DNA of 64,000 bases from an uncultured Solirubrobacterales bacterium (GTDB taxonomy: Bacteria; Actinomycetota; Thermoleophilia; Solirubrobacterales; Solirubrobacteraceae). Below are positions 1 through 7,669 of the stretch, piece after piece. The stretch spans positions 218,009 to 282,008 of the forward strand of contig CAVWRC010000010.1 in assembly GCA_963757235.1 (NCBI GenBank). The letters are read 5' to 3'. A program made the position numbers and the translations under genes. Position 1 is the stretch's first letter. The number at the start of each line of letters is the position of its first letter. The notes under the pieces were generated by a model, which did not search any database, was not told the origin of the DNA, and saw only the letters and a program-made list of their open reading frames with translations.

Positions 1-78
1 AAACGGATAGATGGCCTGGGCGTGACGGGTCGTGCAGCGGTGCCCGGGGCGCCCCGCCGCCGGCCTGGCCCCGCTCAC
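1..78 (-). CDS. 5' end of VirB4-like conjugative ATPase (runs off window)
   Basis: Not in ORF track. GTG at 78 overlaps TGA of the upstream ORF (GTGA). Translates MSGARPAAGRPGHRCTTRHAQAIYPF, resembling the 'HRxTTxHxQAxYPF' N-terminus of actinobacterial VirB4, at the expected operon position. Confidence 0.7.
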   Translation of the reverse strand, partial: MSGARPAAGRPGHRCTTRHAQAIYPF

Positions 79-257
79 GTCCGCCTCCCACGTCGCCGAC
101 CGCGAGCCAGCACGAGCACGAACGCGGCCACGACGACGGCGAGCCACACGGCCGGGGTATGGCCGTGGAGGATCCGGCGCACGATCTCGTCGTAGAGCAG
201 CCGGGCGAGCACGTAGTGCCAGAGGTAGGTCAGGAATGCGGTGGCGGGCGCGGTCAT
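75..257 (-). CDS. 60-aa membrane microprotein in T4SS-like operon
   Basis: 4-nt start/stop overlaps with both neighbours; hydrophobic segments and a basic C-tail (RGRRRGRRT). Confidence 0.7.
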   Translation of the reverse strand: MTAPATAFLTYLWHYVLARLLYDEIVRRILHGHTPAVWLAVVVAAFVLVLARGRRRGRRT

Positions 258-1759
258 CGCAGCCCCCGGCAGAGCGGCAGCGTGAAGGTGAATGCCTCGG
301 CCTGCTGCCCGTACATCCGGTGGAGCTCGAGCCGGGCCCGGACCGCCTGCTCGTGGACCTCGGCGCAGGCCCGGCGCAGGTCGTCGGGATCGCGTCCGGA
401 CACCGTCACGAAGCCCGCCAGCCGCACCTCCGCGTGGCCGGCGGCGAGCTCGGCCTCACGCCGCACGGCCGACTCCTGCGCCTGTCGCTGCCGCGCCGTC
501 TCAGCCTGTCCGAACCGGTGGCGCAGCTCGCGGTCGGCGTGGTCGCGTGTCACGGCGGCCTCGGCCTCGCGCGTCGAGCGCTCCGGCGTGATCGGCTCGA
601 GCGTCACCGCCACCGTGCGCACCACGCTCGAGGCGCCCAGCAGGGCGTCCATGAACATGGGCGAGACGTCGACGCGCGGCCACTGCGCGATCCAGAACGT
701 GGCGTGTAGGGCGCCGTCGGCCCGGTAATGCTCCCAGGACTCGTCCGCGCCGAGGGGCCAGGCACCCGACTCGGCGAGTCCTGCGCGACCCGTATCGGCC
801 GCCTCAAGCGCTGCCAGCTCGGCACGGGCATAGGGATCGAACGCGGTCCGCAGCGCCCGCGCAAGCTGGCCTGCGCTGAGCGCTCCGAGCACCCCCACCT
901 CGGCCGCCTCGATCCCCTGCGCGACGCGTTCGGTCTGCTCGAGCAGGGCGCTGATGCCGTCGTCGGCGCCGCGATCGGCACCGTCGGCGTGGCGCGGATC
1001 GATCTGGACCGCGATCAGCACCTCGTGTTCCTGGGCGGCGCGGGCGGTCGCGCCGATCAGCTCGAGGTAGGACTCGATCATCGGCGTGCCCCGCAGCGGG
1101 ATGCGTGGATCGCGCTCGTCGTGCAGCCAGCGGGCCAGTTCGTCACCCTGCGCCGGAGCGGTCCGCTCGAGCCATTGGATGCGCCGGATCGGACCGCCGG
1201 CGGCTCCCGAGAGGACCAGGCCCCAGCGGGCCAGCCGGCGCTCCTGCGCCTCTGGGTCGAGCAGCGAGAACGCGATCACGCGGCAGGCCAAGACGGCTGT
1301 CAGTCGCCGGCGCCGATGGTCGGACAGCACCCCGATCGCACGGTCCGCGTAGGGCACGTCGAGAATTCGAACGCCCCTGAGCGCAGCCGGCGGACGCGGG
1401 CGCGGCGGTGAGAGCAGGCGGCGAAACGGGCTGGATCGCTCGGCCGCAAACGTCCCGGCGGCCGGGGCGCGTGAACGGAAGCGCAACCGGCGCCTCGCCC
1501 AACGCAGCGAGAACGAGAGCACGACCGGCATCCACTCCTCCGGCGTGCGCCGTCCCACGGGCGCGAACGCGACGGCCAGCGAGACGCCGAACCCAGCCAT
1601 CCCGAGGAACGCGCCGCCGGCCGTGGGCGCGCCATCCAGGATCGCGATCGCGGCCACCGCGCCGGCCGCGACGGCGCCGGCCTGGCCGAGGCGCAGTTGG
1701 CCGAGGAGTCCGCGCCGCTCGAGCGGGCCGAAGCGGTAGGTGACGCGCTCGTCGGTCAC
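254..1759 (-). CDS. SCO6880-like / PrgI(VirB3)-like conjugation protein
   Basis: GTG at 1759 overlaps the upstream TGA. Starts MTDERVTYRFGPLERRGLLG, has a TM hairpin, and ends with the HAEVRLAGFVTVS...YGQQAEAFTFTLPLCRGL motif typical of this family. Confidence 0.8.
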   Translation of the reverse strand: MTDERVTYRFGPLERRGLLGQLRLGQAGAVAAGAVAAIAILDGAPTAGGAFLGMAGFGVSLAVAFAPVGRRTPEEWMPVVLSFSLRWARRRLRFRSRAPAAGTFAAERSSPFRRLLSPPRPRPPAALRGVRILDVPYADRAIGVLSDHRRRRLTAVLACRVIAFSLLDPEAQERRLARWGLVLSGAAGGPIRRIQWLERTAPAQGDELARWLHDERDPRIPLRGTPMIESYLELIGATARAAQEHEVLIAVQIDPRHADGADRGADDGISALLEQTERVAQGIEAAEVGVLGALSAGQLARALRTAFDPYARAELAALEAADTGRAGLAESGAWPLGADESWEHYRADGALHATFWIAQWPRVDVSPMFMDALLGASSVVRTVAVTLEPITPERSTREAEAAVTRDHADRELRHRFGQAETARQRQAQESAVRREAELAAGHAEVRLAGFVTVSGRDPDDLRRACAEVHEQAVRARLELHRMYGQQAEAFTFTLPLCRGLR

Positions 1760-3162
1760 CGCGCATCCTCGTTCGGCCAGACCGGGGTCGAGTCGAAGCG
1801 CTCGCGGTCGAGCTCGAGGGCGGGTTGCTCCGAGAAGGTCTCGGCTCGTGAGTCGCCTGATTCGTCCCGGCCTGGCGGTGGGGCTGGCGGTCCGGCGGGC
1901 GAGTCGGCCGGCGGTTCGGCGGGCGCGTCGGCCGGTTCGGGCGGTTCGGCGGGCGCGTCGGCCTGCGGTCGGGCAGACGCTCCGCTTCCGGACCCCGGTC
2001 CGGGACTTCTCGACGGCGGACCGCCGGCCCCGGCGCTTCCGGCCTCGGCCGCCCGCCGCATCTCTTCCGCGCGCCTCATCCATCCCTCTTCGCCCCGCCG
2101 GGCCTGCGCCTCCGCCCGCATCTCCTGGGCTCCGATTGGCCTGAGCTCGCCTCGCAGCGGCCCTGCCGCGCCCGACGCGATCTCGGCCAGCGGGATCAGG
2201 CGTAACAGCGCCCAGGGCGAGAACGCCGCCAGCATGATCAGGACGGCGCCGGCCATCAGGCCGGTCAGGTTGCCGGCGGAGCTGACCGCGGCTCCCCCGA
2301 GCGACAGCACCGCGACGATCGCGAACTTCGACAGGATCAGCGCGACCAGCAGCTCTACCGCGCGGATCGCCCAGATCCGCCGCGCCGGCCACACGAAGGC
2401 GGCGAAACCGAGCGGGAGCATCAGCACGATCACGTACACCGCCGCCTCGCGCAGCAGCAGCTCGACCCACAGCGTGAACGCGGCCGCGATCATGAACAGG
2501 CCGACGAGGAAGGCGAGGAAAGGGGAGCCGCCCGCTGCGGCGGCCGTGGCGACGATGCCGATCCGACCGAGGAAGTGCGCGCTCGCGTGCCCGGCCGCGG
2601 AGGAGATGAACGAGCAGAGCTGATCACAGGCGGCCAGAAGCAGCATGGTGAGCGGCGCGGCGATTGCGATCGCCAGCATGGCCAGCGGCAGGTATCCGAA
2701 CGCCGCGCGAGCCAACATCGAGACGTCAGAGCGGATCAGCGCCTGGACCGCCGCCGCGAACAAGAACGGCAGCGTCAGCACCGCAGCGATTGCCGCCATC
2801 CGCCAGTAGGTCGAGGAGAACCATGTGGTCCGCAGCTGCGGGCTGGTCGTGTTGCCCAGCGCGGACGCAGTGTCGTTCAGCAGTGTCTGGGCGGAACCGG
2901 TCACCCACCCGTCGATCCCGGCGATCACCGCGTTGGTCGTGGTCGAGGCGACTGCGCCGGCCGCGCCACCGACAAGGCCGCCGGCCGCTCCGGGAATACT
3001 GCCCGTGAGTAGGTCGCCGCCCGCGTTCAGCAGCGAGCTCCCCCCCGGGTTCAGCGCCGAGGTCAGATCCGCCTCGGCCGGGGTCGCGAACAGCGCCGAC
3101 CCACCAGCCGCCACGACGACGCCGATTACCACGGTGAGCCGCGCGAGCCGGCGGACCCTCAT
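1756..3162 (-). CDS. VirB6/TrbL-like polytopic T4SS membrane protein
   Basis: ATG at 3162 overlaps the pilin stop (ATGA). Multiple TM helices, LLREAAVYVIVLMLPLGFAAFVWP motif, Pro/Ala-rich C-tail. Confidence 0.8.
   Translation of the reverse strand: MRVRRLARLTVVIGVVVAAGGSALFATPAEADLTSALNPGGSSLLNAGGDLLTGSIPGAAGGLVGGAAGAVASTTTNAVIAGIDGWVTGSAQTLLNDTASALGNTTSPQLRTTWFSSTYWRMAAIAAVLTLPFLFAAAVQALIRSDVSMLARAAFGYLPLAMLAIAIAAPLTMLLLAACDQLCSFISSAAGHASAHFLGRIGIVATAAAAGGSPFLAFLVGLFMIAAAFTLWVELLLREAAVYVIVLMLPLGFAAFVWPARRIWAIRAVELLVALILSKFAIVAVLSLGGAAVSSAGNLTGLMAGAVLIMLAAFSPWALLRLIPLAEIASGAAGPLRGELRPIGAQEMRAEAQARRGEEGWMRRAEEMRRAAEAGSAGAGGPPSRSPGPGSGSGASARPQADAPAEPPEPADAPAEPPADSPAGPPAPPPGRDESGDSRAETFSEQPALELDRERFDSTPVWPNEDAR
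1911..1963. repeat. 23-bp direct repeat encoding ADAPAEP units in the VirB6-like tail
   Basis: gcggttcggcgggcgcgtcggcc at 1911-1933 and 1941-1963. Confidence 0.85.
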
Positions 3163-3467
3163 TTCGCCGTCGTCCCCAGATGCTGGAAGAAGTTGACCAG
3201 CCCGGGGCCCGCACCGATCACCAGCGCCGACGCGCCCGAGATCACCGCGGCCATCCGGCCCCGAGCCGCGTAGTGCGGGTTGTGCGCATGCGACGCGAGT
3301 GCCCACAGCCCGGCGCCAACGAACGCGCCGATGAGCGCGATGGCCAGCGACCAGGCCTCGGCGCCGTTCACGAGCTGCTGAAGCACGTTGCTGCCCGGTA
3401 GACCGGCGGGGTTCGGCGTGGCCGTGACGTCACCGGCGATGACGAGCGGTCCAGCAAGAAATGTCAT
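3159..3467 (-). CDS. VirB2/TrbC-like pilin (DUF6112-like)
   Basis: 102 aa, 'VTATPNPAGLPGSNVLQQLVNG' plus two hydrophobic helices; RBS GGGGAG upstream; first gene of the operon. Confidence 0.8.
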   Translation of the reverse strand: MTFLAGPLVIAGDVTATPNPAGLPGSNVLQQLVNGAEAWSLAIALIGAFVGAGLWALASHAHNPHYAARGRMAAVISGASALVIGAGPGLVNFFQHLGTTAK

Positions 3468-3479
3468 GTCAGTCTCCCC

Positions 3480-3573
3480 GAGTCTAATTGAGCCAATTGA
3501 ATTCGTAAGACCCTATCAATACTAATTTAGTTGTGGTAGGGTCGAACGACTCAATTAAGTCTCAATTCGACTC
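3480..3573. promoter_or_regulatory. 94-bp imperfect palindrome holding mirror-image divergent promoters
   Basis: Left arm gagtctaattgagccaattgaattcgtaagaccctatcaatacta, centre att, right arm is its imperfect reverse complement; strongly AT-rich versus the flanks. Confidence 0.8.
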
Positions 3574-3576
3574 AAC

Positions 3577-4095
3577 ATGTCTGTACTGGAGAATCTGGAC
3601 GAAGGCGCCCGCCCGGTCGATGTCGGTGAGCTGTATGAGCTGCTGGCCAAGCGGCTGGAGCAGATCGTGCGACTCGACGTGCGCGCTCCCGACGTGGTCG
3701 TCGAGGACGCCTGTCAGTTCGCGTGGAGCCGGCTCGTCCACCATCGCGACCGCGTCCATCGGGAGACGGTCATGACCTGGCTGGCTCGAACGGCCGTGCA
3801 CGAGGCCGTCAAGCTGCTGCGACGTGATCGGCGAGAGCTCTCGATCGACGCGGCTCCGGAATGCGCGGTCCCGGTGGCGGTGGCGTCGAGCTTCCCGCCA
3901 CCGCACACGCTGGTCGAGAGGCGAGAGCGGCTAAACGAGCTGCAGCATCTATCAACCCGTCAGCAGCGTGCCCTTTGGTTGCACGCGTTCGGGCTGAGCT
4001 ATGCCGAGATCGCGGAGAACGAAGGATGCACGGTGCGCACCGTCGAGCGCCAGCTACTCCGGGCCCGGCAACGGATCAGGCAGGACGCCGACTAG
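3577..4095 (+). CDS. ECF-type sigma-70 factor
   Basis: Region 2 (EDACQFAWSRL...WLARTAVHEA) and region 4 (LSTRQQRALWL...GLSYAEIAE...TVERQLLRARQRI); 172 aa. Confidence 0.85.
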   Translation: MSVLENLDEGARPVDVGELYELLAKRLEQIVRLDVRAPDVVVEDACQFAWSRLVHHRDRVHRETVMTWLARTAVHEAVKLLRRDRRELSIDAAPECAVPVAVASSFPPPHTLVERRERLNELQHLSTRQQRALWLHAFGLSYAEIAENEGCTVRTVERQLLRARQRIRQDAD

Positions 4096-4101
4096 TAGCC
4101 G

Positions 4102-4512
4102 CTAGCGCGCCCGCCCGCGCTTGCGCCGCCGGCGCTCGGCCGGACTCAGCTTGCGCGGCTTGGCCCGCGGCTTTGTCCCGTAACGGGGGCCGCTACCGTC
4201 TGGCGACTCGCCGGGGCGGTGACGGACCGGCGCGCGCTTGCGCGCATCGCGCCAGATGTACAGCGAGATACCGCCCAGCACGACGAGCGCGCCGATCCCG
4301 ATGATGAGCGCCGAGTTGCCGGTGAACGCGCTCCCGCTTCCGGCCGTCGCGGACGTGGAGATCGTCGGGGCGGCGGCGGTGGTGGTCGACACCGTTGGCT
4401 GCGGTAAGGGTTCCGAGAAGGGATTAGACGTGGTCGACTGCGCGATCGCCGTAGCCGGCCACGCGAACGCCGCCGAAGCCACGGCGGCAAGGACAACCCG
4501 GGTCGATCTCAT
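4102..4512 (-). CDS. exported/membrane-anchored hypothetical protein
   Basis: Signal peptide, S/T/P-rich stalk, one TM helix, basic tail. Confidence 0.75.
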   Translation of the reverse strand: MRSTRVVLAAVASAAFAWPATAIAQSTTSNPFSEPLPQPTVSTTTAAAPTISTSATAGSGSAFTGNSALIIGIGALVVLGGISLYIWRDARKRAPVRHRPGESPDGSGPRYGTKPRAKPRKLSPAERRRRKRGRAR

Positions 4513-4533
4513 TCCCGCGCCCCCCGATGCCCA

Positions 4534-6048
4534 CTAAGCGAGTGGCTGCTCCATCGCCGGCGTCTCGGGCGCGGCGACGTACGGCTGCTCGTCCGCAACA
4601 TCCTCCTCGTGATACACGCTCTCGGCGTTCACCGCCCAGATGTCGTGCTTCGTGCCCTTGAGGATGTTCTCCACGGCGCGCATTGCCGTCAGCATCGAGT
4701 GGTCGGAGTTGTTGTAGCGGTGCAGGCCGTTGCGTCCGACCTGGATCAGGTTCGGGATCCGGTCGAGCCATCCCCGGATCGTCTGCACCCGCTCGGCATA
4801 TTCGGCGTCGTACATCGGGTACGCCTTGTGGACGCGCACAACGAAGCCCATCTTCACCTTCTCGGCTCGGGCCAGGCCTAGCTGCTGGATCTCGCGCGTG
4901 GCCATCGCCACGAGGTCGTCGTCGCTCGTGCTCCACAGCCCGTCGCCCTCGAAGCAGAAGTACTCCATGCCGATCGACGCGTCGGTGTCGTTCGGGACCA
5001 TGAACGGACTCCATGAGCGGAAGTTCTGGATCCGCCCGACCTTCACCGACGGGTCGTGGATGTAGATCCAGTTGTCAGGGAACACGTCCTCGTCCTCGAT
5101 CACCAGCAGCACCGTGAGGAAGTCCCGGTAGCGCAGGCCACGTGCCCCGTCGCGGACGTCGCCCGGCGCCTCGGGCTCGGCGATCCCGACCGTCGTGCGC
5201 AGCGGTAGCGAGGAGATCACGTACGACGGCGTAATCGTCTCGCCGCCCGCGACGACCTCGGTCACGCGGTCGCCGTCGAGGCGGATTCGCGTCACCGGCG
5301 CGTTCATGCGGACCTCGCCGCCGTGGGCGTGAATCTCGTCGCGCATCTTCTCCCACATCTGCCCGGGGCCGTAGCGGGGATAATTGAACTCCGAGATCAG
5401 CGACTTGATCTTGTTGCCCTTGTTGCCGAAGAACGCGTTCTTTGCCGCCGCAAAGAACGACAGTCCCTTGATCCGCTGCGCGGCCCACTCGGACCGGATC
5501 TCGGATGTCGAGACCCCCCACACCTTCTCGGTGTAGGACTTGAAGAACTGGTTGAAGAGCCAGCTGCCGAAGCGGTTGGTGACCCACTGCTCGAAGGTGT
5601 CCTCGTGCCCCTTCGGCTTGACCGTCGCCCACAGGTAGGAGACCAGGGCCTTGGTCAGGTCGACCGGCCCCAGCTTCTTGATCACGTCCATCCCCTGCAG
5701 CGGGTATTCGAGGAACTTGTGGTTCCAGTAGATGCGGCTCTGTCGCGGGCGCTTGAGGAACTCGTCAGCGAGGATCTCGTGCCAGAGGTCATCGACCTCC
5801 TTGGCCTTGGTGAAGAAGCGATGGCCGCCGAGGTCGAAGCGGTAGCCCTCACGGACGTCAGTGCGCGCGATGCCGCCGACCTGATCCGTCGACTCGAGCA
5901 CGATCACCGGCTTTCCCTGCTTCGCCAGCAGATAGCCGGCGGTGAGTCCGGCCGGGCCGCCTCCGAGGGCCACCACCGGACGCTCGGGGGTGATGTCCGC
6001 ACCGGGCGGCGTGGCGCCCGGGTTGGGATTCGGAGTCGGGTCGGTCAT
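4534..6048 (-). CDS. FAD-dependent oxidoreductase (UDP-galactopyranose mutase-like/PPO superfamily)
   Basis: GGGPAGL dinucleotide-binding motif, RFDLGGHRFF, GRNGLHRYNNSDHSMLT; start placed at MTDPT. Confidence 0.8.
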   Translation of the reverse strand: MTDPTPNPNPGATPPGADITPERPVVALGGGPAGLTAGYLLAKQGKPVIVLESTDQVGGIARTDVREGYRFDLGGHRFFTKAKEVDDLWHEILADEFLKRPRQSRIYWNHKFLEYPLQGMDVIKKLGPVDLTKALVSYLWATVKPKGHEDTFEQWVTNRFGSWLFNQFFKSYTEKVWGVSTSEIRSEWAAQRIKGLSFFAAAKNAFFGNKGNKIKSLISEFNYPRYGPGQMWEKMRDEIHAHGGEVRMNAPVTRIRLDGDRVTEVVAGGETITPSYVISSLPLRTTVGIAEPEAPGDVRDGARGLRYRDFLTVLLVIEDEDVFPDNWIYIHDPSVKVGRIQNFRSWSPFMVPNDTDASIGMEYFCFEGDGLWSTSDDDLVAMATREIQQLGLARAEKVKMGFVVRVHKAYPMYDAEYAERVQTIRGWLDRIPNLIQVGRNGLHRYNNSDHSMLTAMRAVENILKGTKHDIWAVNAESVYHEEDVADEQPYVAAPETPAMEQPLA

Positions 6049-6061
6049 TGTCGGGAGGCTC

Positions 6062-7669
6062 TCAGGAAACCTTCTGGTAGAGGACCGCGCTGTACGCGAG
6101 GATGCTGGCTCCGCGGTAGTTGTGTGGCGCGTAGGCAATCGGCTTGAGCACGCCGTTGTTGACGTCGGCCTGGAGGATCTGGCCCCACTGCGCCGCGCGC
6201 AGGCGGATCAGGTAGGTCCACGACGCCTTCCAGTTGGTCACGCCCTCGGTCAACGGCCGAACGTACAGCAACTGCTGTCCCGGCCTGAGGCTAGCAACGA
6301 GCGGATCGAGGGTCGCCGCGGGATTCGCGGCTTGCAGACGCTTCTGTGCGTGGACCCAGTCCATGTAGCTGGCGTCCTTGACCGGCCCGATCGTCGTGGC
6401 GTAACGCAGGCCGGCGGGCAGGTAGTACCAGGCGAGCGGCGTGGAGTCCGGCTGCGCGTTCACGACCAGGTCGCCGCGGTGCAGCAGCGGCGTCATCTCG
6501 CCACTGATGTCCTGCATGTCGCTCTTGTAGCGCGGCGCGTACGACGAGGGATGAACCACGAAGAAGAGCGTCAACACGATGCAGACCAGCCCGAGGACGC
6601 CCGACCGAGCCGCGCCCCAAGCGGCCAGCAGCAGAATCGACGCGAGGATCGGCGCCATGTAGCGAGCCACGAATGCCGGGGTGATCTGCGAGGCCAGCCA
6701 GGCGATGATCAGCGTGCCGGCGATCAGCCAGATCAGGGACCACATGATCGTCCCGTCACGGGTGCGGCGGCCGCGTTTGGTGAACAGCGGAGCGAGCCCG
6801 ACGATCCAGGCCACGAGCAATGTCACCGTGATTCGATCGGCGCCGAGCAGATCGCGCGACAGGAGCACCGGCACGCCGAAGCGAATGGTCGGCGCCCACG
6901 GCGCGCCCGTGTGGGTCGCCTGGTAGATGAAGTTGGGCACCCACGGCAGGAACAGCACAGCGGCGCCCACGTACGCGAGCACGGCGTCGCGCACGATGCC
7001 CCGGCGGTCGTCGCTCGTCAGCCAGATCGGGATCAGGGCGACGACCGAGCCGGCGGCGAAGAAGATGCCCCACGCGTGCGTGTACAGCATCAGCGCCTCG
7101 CACACCGCGAACACGATCACGTAGCGTCTTCGCCGGTAGACGAAGCCGTGGATGAACGCGGCCGTCTGGATGATGCCGAGCAGGCCCATCAGCTCGTACA
7201 TCCGGGCCTCCTGCGCGTACGCGGTCAGAAACGTGCTGAACGCGCACAGGACCGCCATGTACATGCCGGTGCGGCGGTCGAACAGACTCCAGCCCGCCCA
7301 CAGTCCGGCCGGGATCGTGAGCAGCCCGAACAACAGCGACAGCGAATGCGCGGCGGCTTCACCGGCCCCGAACCACCCGATCCAGAAGTGGAGTAGCAGG
7401 TAGAACAGCGGCGGCGAGCCATCGTGGCGCAGGATGCCGGGGATCGCGCCGAGCGAGTGCGAGGCGATGCCGGTCGTGATCGCCTCGTCTTCCCAGAATT
7501 GGCCAACGGATCCGTCGATGTAGCGCGTCCGGATGAAGGCCGACAGGGCCATCAGCACGACCAGGAAGATCGTCGTGCTCAGCCAAACGGGCACGCGCTC
7601 GAACCAGTGCGGCGTCTTCAGGTCGGCAACGCGCGGGATGCCGCCCGGGGGCGCGGTCGCCGTGGCCAT
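6062..7669 (-). CDS. GT-C (GT39/PMT-like) glycosyltransferase
   Basis: FWEDEAIT...HDGSPPLFYLLLH...EARMY motifs; many TM segments. Confidence 0.85.
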   Translation of the reverse strand: MATATAPPGGIPRVADLKTPHWFERVPVWLSTTIFLVVLMALSAFIRTRYIDGSVGQFWEDEAITTGIASHSLGAIPGILRHDGSPPLFYLLLHFWIGWFGAGEAAAHSLSLLFGLLTIPAGLWAGWSLFDRRTGMYMAVLCAFSTFLTAYAQEARMYELMGLLGIIQTAAFIHGFVYRRRRYVIVFAVCEALMLYTHAWGIFFAAGSVVALIPIWLTSDDRRGIVRDAVLAYVGAAVLFLPWVPNFIYQATHTGAPWAPTIRFGVPVLLSRDLLGADRITVTLLVAWIVGLAPLFTKRGRRTRDGTIMWSLIWLIAGTLIIAWLASQITPAFVARYMAPILASILLLAAWGAARSGVLGLVCIVLTLFFVVHPSSYAPRYKSDMQDISGEMTPLLHRGDLVVNAQPDSTPLAWYYLPAGLRYATTIGPVKDASYMDWVHAQKRLQAANPAATLDPLVASLRPGQQLLYVRPLTEGVTNWKASWTYLIRLRAAQWGQILQADVNNGVLKPIAYAPHNYRGASILAYSAVLYQKVS

